In this document: positions 1 to 9,739 of the stretch, piece after piece | How the letters are laid out: each line of letters begins with the position of its first letter | Numbering within the stretch: position 1 is the stretch's first letter | Assembly: GCA_963796795.1 (NCBI GenBank) | Contig: CAWCNA010000003.1 | Coordinates: 1-57,265 of the forward strand | Direction: 5' to 3' | From: Candidatus Adlerbacteria bacterium | GTDB lineage: Bacteria; Patescibacteriota; Minisyncoccia; Phycocordibacterales; SBAW01 | DNA length: 57,265 nucleotides | Made by a program: the position numbers and the translations under genes | The notes under the pieces: model-generated | Databases searched by the model: none | Told to the model about the DNA's origin: nothing | Seen by the model: only the letters and a program-made list of their open reading frames with translations

Positions 1-302
1 ACCAGCAGCACGAACTTCTTTTGCTGCACACCGAGGATGCCCCACAGGGCATAGGAGAAGGTTACGAGGGTGGACTTACCGCTGCCACGGAAAGCGACAA
101 TGCAGGCCAGTCTGTTTGTTTGGTCCTCGGTGATGCGGAAAATATCTTTTTGGAATTCAGCGATGGCGTACTTTACGTAATGGGAGAAGTACACATGGAA
201 AAACATCAGGTGGCTTTCGCGCGTAATGTGCTGGCGCACGCTGCGGTTGCTCACAATGGCTTGCAATGTTTCCTCATCGAAGAGGGTGGCGCTAGATTCC
301 AT
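1..302 (-). CDS. phage terminase large subunit, N-terminal fragment (gene runs off the left edge)
   Basis: Minus-strand ATG at 302-300. The translation MESSATLFDEETLQ...CIVAFRGSGKSTLVTFSYALWG contains a Walker A motif (GSGKST) as in TerL ATPase domains. The start overlaps the stop of the upstream gene. Confidence 0.65.
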   Translation of the reverse strand, partial: MESSATLFDEETLQAIVSNRSVRQHITRESHLMFFHVYFSHYVKYAIAEFQKDIFRITEDQTNRLACIVAFRGSGKSTLVTFSYALWGILGVQQKKFVLL

Positions 303-687
303 GTTCGTTCAAAGTTAAATCTGCTAGTGCCAGTGCTTTTCGCACCAGCTCTTTTTGTGCTGGCGTTAATTCTTCGATCACATTTACACGCCCCTCAATT
401 TCGACCTTGGTCTTGTAGCTTGGGTGATTGTGTTTGAGCCACGCGACAATGGCAGTGATGTTGCGATCCTTAACCGCATTAATGAGCTGGCTTTCCGCGA
501 GGTCGTTTACCAACGAACGTCCATCGAGAAGCGCATCATCTACTTGCTTGGAGAACTCCTTGTCTTTCTTTTTCCAGTTGTAGAAAGACACGCGGCTAAG
601 CCCCACTTTATCGCACGCGATCTGTACTATTGGCGTCTTTTTGAGTTGTTCCAGCAACAACTCTTTGGCGCGTTTACTCTCCCTCAT
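292..687 (-). CDS. terminase small subunit-like HTH DNA-binding protein
   Basis: 131-aa ORF with an HTH-like N-terminus (KTPIVQIACDKVGLSRVSFYNWKKKD). It lies immediately upstream of the TerL start and overlaps it. Confidence 0.5.
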   Translation of the reverse strand: MRESKRAKELLLEQLKKTPIVQIACDKVGLSRVSFYNWKKKDKEFSKQVDDALLDGRSLVNDLAESQLINAVKDRNITAIVAWLKHNHPSYKTKVEIEGRVNVIEELTPAQKELVRKALALADLTLNEHGI

Positions 688-1457
688 AGGCGTTTAGCTT
701 TAAGGCCGGTAAGTTGCTCCCAGCGACGTATTGCGGTTAGGCAGTACTCCTCGTCGACTTCGATTGCAAAGCATTTGCGCTTTGTTTGCTCGCACGCAAG
801 GAGTGCGGTGCCGCTGCCGAGAAAACCGTCGTACACTGTTCCACCTATTTGTGTGGAGTTGAGAATGAGGCGGCGGATAAGGCCGACCGGCTTGGTGGTC
901 GGATGCAGCTTGCTCTTGGCAGGGCGCGGATAGAATAGGATCGATTTATCCTTGGAGCGGCGGAAGTGATGCGTGCCGTACCATGCGTAGAGGATGAGTT
1001 CGTGCTGCGGGGCGTAGTCTAGCCTGCCGATGACCGACTGCGATTTCATCCATATCAGCAACTGCGCGAACTTAAACCCCGAATCAATAATTCCGTCGTG
1101 CAAAGGCCAAATCATTTTGTCAGCATTGAAGATGTAGGCCGCGTTCTTTTTTGAGAGGAATGGTTTGATAGCATCGAGCCATGCTTGGCTAAACGCGGAG
1201 TACTCAGCGTTTGACTGCAACTGATCGTTTTGAATAATTTTGTCTTTCGAGAGTTTTTGGAAGTTGCGTTTGGATTCCACGACGCCTACGCCATATGGAG
1301 GATCAACGCAGATAAGGTCAATCTTTACGCTGCCTATGAGGTGTTGCAGCAAATCTCGATCGCGACAGTCGCCGTAAGCAAGGCGGTGGTCGCCGAGCTG
1401 CCAGATAGTGCCGGGCTTAATTGAGCTTGCGGGCTTTTTCTCCAGTTGCGTGTTCAT
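684..1457 (-). CDS. DNA methyltransferase (N4/N6 family, DPPY type)
   Basis: 257-aa ORF with the catalytic motif CVDPPYGVG and the SAM-binding motif DGFLGSGTALLA. Confidence 0.85.
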   Translation of the reverse strand: MNTQLEKKPASSIKPGTIWQLGDHRLAYGDCRDRDLLQHLIGSVKIDLICVDPPYGVGVVESKRNFQKLSKDKIIQNDQLQSNAEYSAFSQAWLDAIKPFLSKKNAAYIFNADKMIWPLHDGIIDSGFKFAQLLIWMKSQSVIGRLDYAPQHELILYAWYGTHHFRRSKDKSILFYPRPAKSKLHPTTKPVGLIRRLILNSTQIGGTVYDGFLGSGTALLACEQTKRKCFAIEVDEEYCLTAIRRWEQLTGLKAKRL

Positions 1458-2698
1458 ATCGCGCGATGATTAGGTCAATAAAGATGGGTTCTATTTCAGC
1501 CATAAAGCACACACGCTTCATGGCGTTTGCGGCTATGAGCGTCGACCCACTCCCGCCAAAAAGGTCTAATATCGTGCCGCCTGGCTTCGTACAGCGCTTT
1601 ATAGGGCGTTCATGCAGGGTCACGGGCTTCTGAGTGGGGTGCTGGTATTCCGAGCCTGATATGCGCTTAGCGAGCCATATATCCATGAGGTCCATAACGT
1701 CATCTAGCAGCTTGTTGCCAGAGGGTCCAAGTTCCTTGTTAAGCACCTCGGCAAAGTTGAGGGCTACCGGCGAGAGATAGGGTTTGCCGCGTAGGGCATA
1801 AACGCAAGGCTCATAACACTTATTCCATGCCACACCGGGGGTCGGGTTGGCCGCCCCTTTTATCCACAGACAGGTGCGCTTGTTCTCAAGTCCGAGTTCT
1901 GCAAACAAGTCCTGTACCATGCCCGTGTATTTTTGGTCGCACCAGTAGTAGGCATGCACATCGGGTTTGGCGACCGAGAGTGCGTTCTCCATCGTGCGCT
2001 TGAGAAAAGTGCGGTAGTCGGCATCTTTTTTGAAGTCTTGCACGGTACCACCGTAGTTGGCTTTGCCTCCAATGCCGCCGTTGTAGTCGAGCGAAATATT
2101 ATAGATTGGGTCACAATAAATTAAATCTATCTGCGTCTTGCCGACCAACTTCTTTACCGTTTCCGGGTCGAGCGAGTCGCTGCAAATAAGGCGATGCGGC
2201 CCAAGTGCATAAATGTCCCCGAGCTTTGCTTTGGCCTTTTTGATTTTCTTTATCTCCTTATCAACATCAAACTGGTCATCGGTTACTTCCAGCGAGTCGG
2301 CAAAGATAACCGAAAGGTCGCTGTCGTCGAAGCCGGAGATGAGCATGGTATCTAGCTCGAAGTACTCCGAGAGCATCTCGTAATCCCAAGATCCTTGCAC
2401 GCGGTTGCTGGTCAGCAGATACTGCTCGTACTCTGCTTTGGAGAGCTTGCGGTTCGGCACACGCACGTCGATTTTCTTGTCGCCATGACCGAGCAGTTGC
2501 ATTACCGCGATACGCTGATGTCCAGCAACGATTTTGTTGTCGGTATCGATGGCCGGTATCTCTACTAGCCCAAACTTTTCTAAACTTTGAGTCGAGATCA
2601 GCGATTTGCTTCTCCGACATCTTGCGAGGGTTCTTTTTAAAGGGGAGCAAATCCTTGACCCTGCGCTGCTCAGTAGACCAAACCAGTTGCTTTGCCAT
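1417..2698 (-). pseudogene. ParB-like nuclease domain / DNA methyltransferase fusion, frame-disrupted as sequenced
   Basis: Frame 1 (2698 down to about 2600) gives MAKQLVWSTEQRRVKDLLPFKKNPRKMSEKQIADL. The +1 frame continues SLEKFGLVEIPAIDTDNKIVAGHQRIAVMQLLGHG (ParB motif), then the methylase motifs CDPIYN and DLFGGSGST. One extra base near 2585-2605 (A-run) separates the frames. Confidence 0.75.
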
Positions 2699-2810
2699 AT
2701 GTATAAGTGAGAAGAGGGGTTTTACAAGCCTCCTCTCTTAGCTACTGCTGAGATTTCGGCAGAGGCCGAATATATGGCTAGGAATATGCAGATTTGTTTT
2801 TCAGATAGAC

Positions 2811-2839
2811 GAAAACACCCGCCGATATTTCGGTGGGTG
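2811..2839 (-). terminator. rho-independent terminator candidate downstream of the 2854-3837 gene
   Basis: 10-bp stem cacccgccga/tcggtgggtg (one G-T pair) with a 4-nt loop. On the minus strand it is followed by TTTTC. Confidence 0.5.
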
Positions 2840-2853
2840 TGATGATGAATTAT

Positions 2854-3837
2854 TTAATCGAGGAAGTTTTGGGGGTCGTCCTCTTCTTTGTAGCTATCCT
2901 CATGGAACTTTTTGCCGGAGGAGTGCAGCTCGCCTTTGCCGCGCAAGAGAGCCTCGGGTTTGAGTGTAAATTTTGGGCGGTACCCTTCGACAGGGTCATA
3001 CTTCAAGAAAGGGTCGCTGCTAATCCCAAAAGCTTCTTGTAGTTTTTCGGATAAGTTCTGTTTCAATTTTTCACACGCGCCCGGAGTGATGCCAAGGTGG
3101 AGGGACAAACTCTTTATTGTCGGTTTAAACTTTTTTGTTTCTACTATCACTGCCATCTGTAAGAGAAGCCCCCATTGTTTGTCGGGAGTGCGATCCTTCG
3201 TATTCTTTCTGTCGAAATTGAGCGCTGCGTAGTCGTACGGTCCTATCAACTTTCTTTTGTAAAAGACGCGTAGAGTGTGTGCATCTGCTAATCGCAACTC
3301 CGTATCATCCCACGTTGCTCCGACGGGCATCGGCACAATTGAAATTGGGGCGACAGGAGTCTGTAGCACGTCTCTTTGGAGGAGTGCCGCTACTTTATCC
3401 ACGATAGTATCCATCGTGGATTCGTCTAGTCTCACTATCATAGGGCCAGCAGATCGGAGTCGGGGTACGTATTCAATCGGTTCCTCTATGCGGTAAGAAG
3501 TGAGTATAGGAGCCATCGTTGGCAATACGGGCAGTGAAATACTCTGTACCATTTCCTGCAAACGCACCCAGTCGTCAATGAACGGCTGCGTAGCGCGGGC
3601 GATCTCCTCTGCCGCACGCGTCATAGGTGCAAGTGCTTCGGTGATGCGTCGGTGCATCTCGGCCTGTTGCTCGATGAAAAGAGCGAAGGGTTTGTATGCC
3701 TGTGCCACCGACTCACTCATTTCTTTGTGTGTACGCCAGACATCCTCCAAGTCGCGCATCACGCCCGGTCCAAACATCTCCACAATATCGATTTCGCGTT
3801 CCTCTGCCATACCTTCAATTATATCCCAATTTGACAC
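2854..3837 (-). CDS. hypothetical protein (327 aa)
   Basis: Long ORF with a terminator downstream. No motif was recognised. It lies between the phage block and the IS element. Confidence 0.6.
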   Translation of the reverse strand: MSNWDIIEGMAEEREIDIVEMFGPGVMRDLEDVWRTHKEMSESVAQAYKPFALFIEQQAEMHRRITEALAPMTRAAEEIARATQPFIDDWVRLQEMVQSISLPVLPTMAPILTSYRIEEPIEYVPRLRSAGPMIVRLDESTMDTIVDKVAALLQRDVLQTPVAPISIVPMPVGATWDDTELRLADAHTLRVFYKRKLIGPYDYAALNFDRKNTKDRTPDKQWGLLLQMAVIVETKKFKPTIKSLSLHLGITPGACEKLKQNLSEKLQEAFGISSDPFLKYDPVEGYRPKFTLKPEALLRGKGELHSSGKKFHEDSYKEEDDPQNFLD

Positions 3838-3859
3838 TTTTTTAGTGTATTTTCTTGTG

Positions 3860-5118
3860 GGGTATCGGCAGCTTGCCTGGGATGCCAGCCAGCAATAAAC
3901 CCAATAAATTAAGTATGAAAACCAATGTACTCTCGTATGCCGATTACCAAAAGAAGCTTCAGCACCTTAACAGTCCTGAGGAGATAGCCGCCTTTGCCCA
4001 AGAGCTTATCGCTCCTGCACTGGTTCGGTTAGGCCAATCCTCAGCAACAGAAACTGACGAAGTGGAGGAAGAAGATATCGCTACTCCGGCGCGAAAAATC
4101 CCTAAACTCAAGATGAGTCGCAAGACAGTCATGACAAATCCGTGGCACGACCTTGTCGGCAACGAAAACGACGCGATGGTCATAGATCTTTACGCCAAAG
4201 GACTCACGACCCGCGACATCGCCAACTACATGAGAAATAATCATGGGGTTGAAATGTCGCAGCCATCGGTATCAGCAATTACCGACAAAGTGTTTCCCTT
4301 AGTCAAAGAGTGGCAGGCGCGTCCGCTCTCGCCATGCTATCCGATTATCTATCTCGACGGCATGCACTTCAAAGTGAGGGAGGCCGGGAAGATTGCGTCA
4401 AAGTGCGCGTACATCGCGCTCGGCGTAACACCGTTCGGGCAAAAAGAAATCCTCGGTATTTGGATTAGCGAAACCGAGGGCGCAAAGTTTTGGCTTAGCG
4501 TTTTGAGTGACATCAAAAATCGTGGTGTCGACGACGTGCTCATTGTCTGTGTCGACGGCCTCAAAGGATTTCCTGATGCCATCAAAACCATCTACCCGAA
4601 GGCTGAAGTGCAGAGCTGCATCGTGCATCAAATTCGTCACACGGTGATGTTCATTCCGCACAAAGACAAGGAGCAGTTCTGTATTGATCTTAAAAAAGTC
4701 TACACCGCTCACAACGAGGAAGCGGGGCGCGAGGCACTTCACGAAGTCATGGATCGTTGGCCGCAATATCGCTCGTACCTCAAATCGTGGGAAGACCGAT
4801 GGGCAGACTTGGCTCCGTTCTTTAGCTATCCGGAGCCAGTCCGCAAAACCATCTACACCACTAACACGATTGAAAACCTCAATCGCCAGTTTAGAAAAGT
4901 GACCAAGACAACCGTCGTGTTTCCGCACGATGATTCTCTCTTGAAATTGCTTTGGCTCGCTCAAACAGACCTCTCTAATAAGTGGACCATGCCGGTCAGG
5001 AACTGGGGAGAGGCCATGGCTCAGCTTACCATTCTGTTCCCGGATCGCGTGCAGTTCTAGCTCATTAATGACCATTAACTAACCGCTCGGCTGGCGTTTA
5101 CAGCGTGACACGGTACCC
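3860..5118 (+). mobile_element. IS256-family insertion sequence (boundaries tentative)
   Basis: Single mutator-type transposase gene. Candidate imperfect terminal inverted repeats are GGGTATCG...GCCAGCCAGC (3860-) and the reverse complement of 5118 (GGGTACCG...GCCAGCCGAGC). No clear target-site duplication was seen. Confidence 0.55.
3882..5060 (+). CDS. IS256 family (mutator-type) transposase
   Basis: Full-length similarity by eye to IS256 transposases (YLDGMHFKVRE..., CVDGLKGFPDAI, CIVHQIRH, TTNTIENLNRQFRKVTK). The start could be ATG 3882 or ATG 3915. Confidence 0.9.
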   Translation: MPASNKPNKLSMKTNVLSYADYQKKLQHLNSPEEIAAFAQELIAPALVRLGQSSATETDEVEEEDIATPARKIPKLKMSRKTVMTNPWHDLVGNENDAMVIDLYAKGLTTRDIANYMRNNHGVEMSQPSVSAITDKVFPLVKEWQARPLSPCYPIIYLDGMHFKVREAGKIASKCAYIALGVTPFGQKEILGIWISETEGAKFWLSVLSDIKNRGVDDVLIVCVDGLKGFPDAIKTIYPKAEVQSCIVHQIRHTVMFIPHKDKEQFCIDLKKVYTAHNEEAGREALHEVMDRWPQYRSYLKSWEDRWADLAPFFSYPEPVRKTIYTTNTIENLNRQFRKVTKTTVVFPHDDSLLKLLWLAQTDLSNKWTMPVRNWGEAMAQLTILFPDRVQF

Positions 5119-5127
5119 GGCAAAAAA

Positions 5128-5152
5128 GCACAGCATACTGCTGCGCTTTTTT
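5128..5152 (+). terminator. terminator-like hairpin with T6 tail (A-run upstream, possibly bidirectional)
   Basis: Stem gcacagc / gctgcgc (6 of 7 paired), loop atact, then tttttt. Confidence 0.4.
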
Positions 5153-5398
5153 GTTGTGTGGCCTCACATTCTGCCCAAAAGTTTACAGGCCACGTTACTG
5201 CTGGAAGTCCAGAAAAAATGTAAACTTTGTAAAGTAGACCCAGACCGAGCGGCCTCGCTCTGCTATACTGAAATTCCCCAAAGAAGCCTTACGGGGTCTC
5301 ACACAGGGCGGTCTGAGACCGAGCGGGGGCACCAGAGTTTGACCCAGTATTTTTTTGCTGTATACCTAACACAGAGCTAACAACCACAGGAGGATGAA

Positions 5399-5740
5399 AT
5401 GAAGGGAGCTGGTGTTTTACTGCTGCTCGCTTTCCTGATTCCTTCTGTTGCGTTGGCACAAGGGATTCCTATAAGGAGCGAGGTAACTATTTACGTTCCA
5501 CTAGAAGTGGAGATGTGGAATGATCCTCCAAAAAAGAACTCCACACACGCTTTCAAATACAAAGAGGCGTGCAAGATACAACAAGGAGGCTCTATTCGTG
5601 TGGAGAGATACCATATAGATACGGACGATTACACCGTCCGATATTATGTCCAAGGTTTACAAGAGGGTATTTCGTGCCCGGACGGGACCATCTTCTTTAT
5701 GGAGGAAAAGCAATTGAAAGAGTTGCTCAAGCAAAAGTAG
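5399..5740 (+). CDS. small secreted protein (113 aa), unknown function
   Basis: Good SD (aggagg) 7 nt upstream. N-terminal signal peptide MKGAGVLLLLAFLIPSVALAQG. Confidence 0.6.
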   Translation: MKGAGVLLLLAFLIPSVALAQGIPIRSEVTIYVPLEVEMWNDPPKKNSTHAFKYKEACKIQQGGSIRVERYHIDTDDYTVRYYVQGLQEGISCPDGTIFFMEEKQLKELLKQK

Positions 5741-5788
5741 GGTGCATGGGGAATCGTGCGCCTTTTTCTTATCTTATATAGTTAGAAG

Positions 5789-6871
5789 GTGAAGAAAAAA
5801 TATTTTATATGGGCAGGGGCGCTGCTTTTACTTACCGCAGTTGGTGTTGCAAATTCAGGTGATTTTATTTCGCACTACGGACATGTGGTGCAAAAAACTG
5901 CTGCGGGAGATTCTGGAATTTCTATATCACCGCTGGAAATTAATACGGTATCGCCAGATTATTTTTCTCTTGTTACAGAACCCGCGGATGGAACGCCACC
6001 AATATTATCGCGAATTGAAAATGCGAAGACCTCTGTTGATTTAGTAATGTACGCGCTCGACGACACGCAAGTAGAGCAAGCGCTTGGTGCGGCAGTTGCG
6101 CGCGGTGTAAAAGTTCGGGTCTTGTTGAACGGCGGATATTACGACACAAAGGAGCCGGCGAATGATGCATCATATGCAGCGTTGCAAAAAGTAGGCGTGC
6201 CGGTTGAATGGACGCCAACAAGTTTTGCACTGACGCATCAAAAGACACTTGTGCTTGATGGTAACGATGCACTTATCATGACGTTTAACTTACAAACAAA
6301 ATATTACACAACAGGCCGCGACTTTGCAGTTGATGATACCGACTCGAACGATGTCGCGGCTATTGAAAAAACATTTGATGCCGATTGGGAGGGAACCCCA
6401 CAAAATGAGGGTATCGCAGGGCAGGGCGATGATTTAGTTTGGAGCCCGGGCTCGGAAGACGAAATGTTGTATCTTATAAATTCTGCAACATCGACATTAA
6501 AAATTTATAACGAAGAGATGGATGACACGGATATTACAAACGCGCTTGTTGCAGCAGCAAAACGTGGCGTACAGGTGCAGGTAGACATGACGTATGCCAC
6601 CGACTGGAGGCCCGCGTTTACACAATTAGAAAACGGGGGAGTGGAGGTGCGTACGTTCGCATCTTCATCAAAAATCATCTACATACACGCCAAGATGATT
6701 TTGGCCGACGGCGCGCGTGTATTTCTGGGTTCTGAAAATTTCTCCGACTCATCACTCAATAAAAATAGAGAATTGGGCTTGGTACTCACGTCGCCTATGA
6801 TTATCGGGCAATTAAACGCTACATTCGATTCCGATTGGGTAAGGGCTCGGCCTTTTGTAATCCCGAAATAA
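5789..6871 (+). CDS. phospholipase D / Nuc-like (two HKD motifs) protein with N-terminal signal/anchor
   Basis: HKD motifs HQKTLVLDG and HAKMILADG...GSENFS. Hydrophobic N-terminus KKKYFIWAGALLLLTAVGVA. GTG start. Confidence 0.85.
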   Translation: MKKKYFIWAGALLLLTAVGVANSGDFISHYGHVVQKTAAGDSGISISPLEINTVSPDYFSLVTEPADGTPPILSRIENAKTSVDLVMYALDDTQVEQALGAAVARGVKVRVLLNGGYYDTKEPANDASYAALQKVGVPVEWTPTSFALTHQKTLVLDGNDALIMTFNLQTKYYTTGRDFAVDDTDSNDVAAIEKTFDADWEGTPQNEGIAGQGDDLVWSPGSEDEMLYLINSATSTLKIYNEEMDDTDITNALVAAAKRGVQVQVDMTYATDWRPAFTQLENGGVEVRTFASSSKIIYIHAKMILADGARVFLGSENFSDSSLNKNRELGLVLTSPMIIGQLNATFDSDWVRARPFVIPK

Positions 6872-6902
6872 ATAAGGTATCGTGAAGTCGTTAGGGTAGT
6901 GA

Positions 6903-6975
6903 GGGCGATTAGCTCAGTTGGTAGAGCAACTCATTTACACTGAGAAGGTCACAGGTTCGAGTCCTGTATCGCCCA
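6903..6975 (+). tRNA. tRNA-Val (anticodon TAC)
   Basis: Manual cloverleaf: acceptor GGGCGAT/ATCGCCC, D arm GCTC/GAGC, anticodon stem ACTCA/TGAGA with loop TTTACAC, T arm ACAGG-TTCGAGT-CCTGT. CCA is not encoded. Confidence 0.93.
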
Positions 6976-6978
6976 CTA

Positions 6979-8310
6979 ATGACGCATCGTAACCTCTTGC
7001 AGGCCAAGGGCTGGGGAGCCCCAGAAGACGACGGGAAGGAGTCTCATCGTTCTATTCCTATTCCCAAAAGCGGCTCATGGCTGTGGAAGCTGCTCGCATT
7101 TTCGGGGCCTGGGTATTTAGTGGCGGTCGGTTATATGGACCCGGGCAACTGGGCAACCGACTTGGTCGGAGGTTCCTCCTTTGGGTACAAACTTTTGTCT
7201 ATTGTGCTGCTGTCGAGTTTGGCGGCAATTTTGTTGCAGTACTTGTCTGCAAAGCTTGGTATTGCGACGGGCCGTGATTTGGCCGAACTAACCCGTGAAA
7301 GTGTGTCCAAACCCGTCGCCATATTTTTGTGGCTGATGGCCGAAATTATGATTATCGCCTGTGACTTGGCGGAGGTGATAGGTACAGCCGTTGCACTTGA
7401 ATTGTTGTTTGGGATCCCGATTGTGTGGGGTGTCATTATCACCGCGCTCGACGTGTTCCTCCTTTTATATTTACAGAAAAAAGGTTTGCGATTGCTCGAG
7501 GCGCTTGTCGTGTGCCTTATTGCAATCATCGCTGTGTCGCTTGGTATCGACGTTATACTTTCGCATCCGCACTTCCTCGGTGTACTTTCTGGGTTTGTAC
7601 CGGCACGCGCGATATTTACTAACAAGGATATGCTGTATGTAGCCATTGGTATCATTGGGGCGACCGTGATGCCCCATAACTTATATTTGCACTCGGCACT
7701 TTCCCAAACACGGAAATATGAAGAGACAGGAGAGGGCAAAAAACAGGCGATTTTTTACACAGGTGTTGATTCAGCTATTGCACTGTCTTTTGCTTTTGTT
7801 ATTAACGCCGCAATACTTGTGCTCGCAGCATCTGCATTCAATGCGCATGGTCTTACAGAAGTCTCTGATATTTCACATGCGTACACTCTGCTCGCGCCGC
7901 TTTTGGGCGCGAGCGGGGCATCGATATTATTTGCGGTAGCGCTCTTGGCGGCGGGGCAGAACTCGACAGTGACAGGCACCATGGCCGGGCAGATAATAAT
8001 GGAAGGATTTTTACAGTTGCGCATCCAGCCGTGGTTTCGGCGTGTTATTACCCGCGGGCTCGCGATTGTCCCGGCTATTTTGTTTATCGTATATTTTGGC
8101 GCAAACAACGTAACGGAGCTGTTGGTATTTTCGCAGGTGATACTTTCGATACAGCTGCCGTTTGCAATGATTCCCCTTGTGTTATTTACCGGCAATGCAA
8201 AACGTATGGGGAGTTTCGTAAATGCCCGCTGGCTCCAGATACTTGCCGTATTTGTTGCGGTTGCTATAACGGGTTTAAACGTCTGGCTTGTGTGGAGCGT
8301 CTTCGCGTAA
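6979..8310 (+). CDS. mntH: Nramp-family divalent metal (Mn2+/Fe2+) transporter
   Basis: 443 aa, polytopic, with the DPGNWATDL signature and the MPHNLYLHS motif. The annotated ATG lies only 3 nt after tRNA-Val, so the true start may be slightly downstream. Confidence 0.9.
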   Translation: MTHRNLLQAKGWGAPEDDGKESHRSIPIPKSGSWLWKLLAFSGPGYLVAVGYMDPGNWATDLVGGSSFGYKLLSIVLLSSLAAILLQYLSAKLGIATGRDLAELTRESVSKPVAIFLWLMAEIMIIACDLAEVIGTAVALELLFGIPIVWGVIITALDVFLLLYLQKKGLRLLEALVVCLIAIIAVSLGIDVILSHPHFLGVLSGFVPARAIFTNKDMLYVAIGIIGATVMPHNLYLHSALSQTRKYEETGEGKKQAIFYTGVDSAIALSFAFVINAAILVLAASAFNAHGLTEVSDISHAYTLLAPLLGASGASILFAVALLAAGQNSTVTGTMAGQIIMEGFLQLRIQPWFRRVITRGLAIVPAILFIVYFGANNVTELLVFSQVILSIQLPFAMIPLVLFTGNAKRMGSFVNARWLQILAVFVAVAITGLNVWLVWSVFA

Positions 8311-8315
8311 GATAG

Positions 8316-9044
8316 ATGAACACCGTTATGAATGAACCAACAATACTTTTTGAAGATGCAGATATTATTGTCGTTGATAAACCGTCTGGGATGATCGTGT
8401 ACCCAGACGGCAAGCACGATTATCCGGCTCTCGATGCATGGCTTACCGAGAAATATGGCGCGGGGAATTTTCATTTCGTGCATCGGCTCGATAGGGAAAC
8501 ATCGGGGGTACTCTTGCTCGCGCGGAGCGAAAAAGTGTACGAGTTTATGAAAGAGCAATTTCAAGAGCGCGAAGTGAGGAAGATCTATCGCGCGTTTGTG
8601 CACGGCGTTATACAAGACGAGCGCGGCATTATCGACAAGCCGATAGGTAACTCGCGCGGAGGTAAGGGGCCCCGCTCTACAAAGAAACCTCACGGTATTT
8701 TGCGCGACGCACTCACCGCGTACCGTGTTATTGGGCGCTCCTCGACTTCGCTCGGAATAAACGGGGCAACGTATGTTGAAGTGTTCCCAAAAACTGGCCG
8801 CACGCACCAAATTCGCGTGCATTTTTCATCAATCCAGCATCCAATAGTCTGCGACCAACTCTACGCTCCCAGCCGCCCCAAAATTCTCGGGTTCGACCGC
8901 CTCGCGCTTCACGCCCTTTCGCTCACTATCACGATGCCGCCGGGAAAAGCCTCGCCGGTGGACGGTCTACGGCCGAGGGAGATGACATTTACCGCACCGC
9001 TACCCCCCGAATTCATTGCAGCAGAGGCAGAATTGCGCCAGTAA
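8316..9044 (+). CDS. RluA-family pseudouridine synthase
   Basis: HRLDRETSGVLLLA catalytic-Asp motif and the GRTHQIRVH motif. No S4 domain. Confidence 0.85.
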   Translation: MNTVMNEPTILFEDADIIVVDKPSGMIVYPDGKHDYPALDAWLTEKYGAGNFHFVHRLDRETSGVLLLARSEKVYEFMKEQFQEREVRKIYRAFVHGVIQDERGIIDKPIGNSRGGKGPRSTKKPHGILRDALTAYRVIGRSSTSLGINGATYVEVFPKTGRTHQIRVHFSSIQHPIVCDQLYAPSRPKILGFDRLALHALSLTITMPPGKASPVDGLRPREMTFTAPLPPEFIAAEAELRQ

Positions 9045-9069
9045 GCGCAATGTGGTACAGTCTCTTCAC

Positions 9070-9540
9070 ATGAAATCGGCAGTTAAAACATCCACAGTAA
9101 ATATGGCAGAGCGCGCAGCTCTCGGGATCCGCTCGGGCGACACTGTGCGTGTCTGGCAGAACATCGTCGAACTCAAAAAAGGCAAGGCTGCCAACAAAAA
9201 AGAGATAACAACCAAAAACCTCCGCCGCCAGGCGTTTGAAGGCTTGGTGCTTGCGGTCAAGCACGGTACCGAGTCTGGTGCGATGTTTACCGTCCGCAAA
9301 GTCTCTTCGGGTGTGGGTGTTGAAAAAATCTTCCCGCTCTACTCGCCTATGATCGACGAAGTCGAAGTACTCCGCCGCGCACGCACTCGCCGCGCAAAAC
9401 TTTACTTCATCCGCCGCAAGGCAGCTTCGGAAGTGAAGCGTGCAATGCGCAAATCTATCCGCATCGACGCGCCTGTTAAAGGGGTGGTCGCAGATGAGCC
9501 TGAAACGGAAGCTTCTGAAGAAGTTGCAGCAGCAGAATAA
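9070..9540 (+). CDS. rplS: 50S ribosomal protein L19 with acidic C-terminal extension
   Basis: GDTVRVWQ...FEGLVLAVKHGTESGAMFTVRKV...GVEKIFPLYSPMIDEVEV matches bL19. The start was chosen at ATG 9070 inside the longer ORF. Confidence 0.85.
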   Translation: MKSAVKTSTVNMAERAALGIRSGDTVRVWQNIVELKKGKAANKKEITTKNLRRQAFEGLVLAVKHGTESGAMFTVRKVSSGVGVEKIFPLYSPMIDEVEVLRRARTRRAKLYFIRRKAASEVKRAMRKSIRIDAPVKGVVADEPETEASEEVAAAE

Positions 9541-9560
9541 TTTAAAAAATATTAAAAGAA

Positions 9561-9586
9561 AAAACCGGATGTTCTCCGGTTTTTTC
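9561..9586. terminator. bidirectional rho-independent terminator between rplS and tRNA-Leu
   Basis: Stem aaccgga/tccggtt with loop tgttc. It is flanked by an A-run and a T-run. Confidence 0.65.
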
Positions 9587-9598
9587 TTTACCTACGTG

Positions 9599-9682
9599 TG
9601 CCCAGGAGAGGACTCGAACCTCCAACCCCTTGCGGGGGCTACCACCTCAAGGTAGTGCGTCTACCAATTTCGCCACCTGGGC
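9599..9682 (-). tRNA. tRNA-Leu (anticodon GAG), long variable arm
   Basis: The reverse complement GCCCAGGTGGCGAAATTGGTAGACGCACTACCTTGAGGTGGTAG...GGTTCGAGTCCTCTCCTGGGCA folds as a class II tRNA. The anticodon loop is TTGAGGT. Confidence 0.93.
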
Positions 9683-9739
9683 ATATGCACTCGTGCACTA
9701 TAGCGGACAGCAACACTTTTTTCAATCATCCGTTACAAT

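Larger units (their letters stand above)
1..3837 (-). mobile_element. phage-derived gene block (prophage remnant or edge of a prophage extending left of the window)
   Basis: Co-oriented minus-strand genes with overlapping stops and starts: ParB-methylase, methylase, TerS-like, TerL. This is the typical phage packaging-module order. No integrase or att site is visible in the window. Confidence 0.45.

Noticed and set aside
5236-5328. The 11-bp direct repeat agaccgagcgg (about 5236 and about 5316) and the ggtctca/tgagacc stem upstream of the small secreted-protein gene, considered as a possible riboswitch.
   Set aside because: No match to any riboswitch consensus I can recall, and the elements are short. 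It is left as an unexplained leader rather than a claimed feature.
7755-8822. A 355-aa minus-strand ORF antisense to mntH and the RluA-family gene.
   Set aside because: Both sense genes carry unambiguous family signatures. The antisense translation is low-complexity and unrecognisable.
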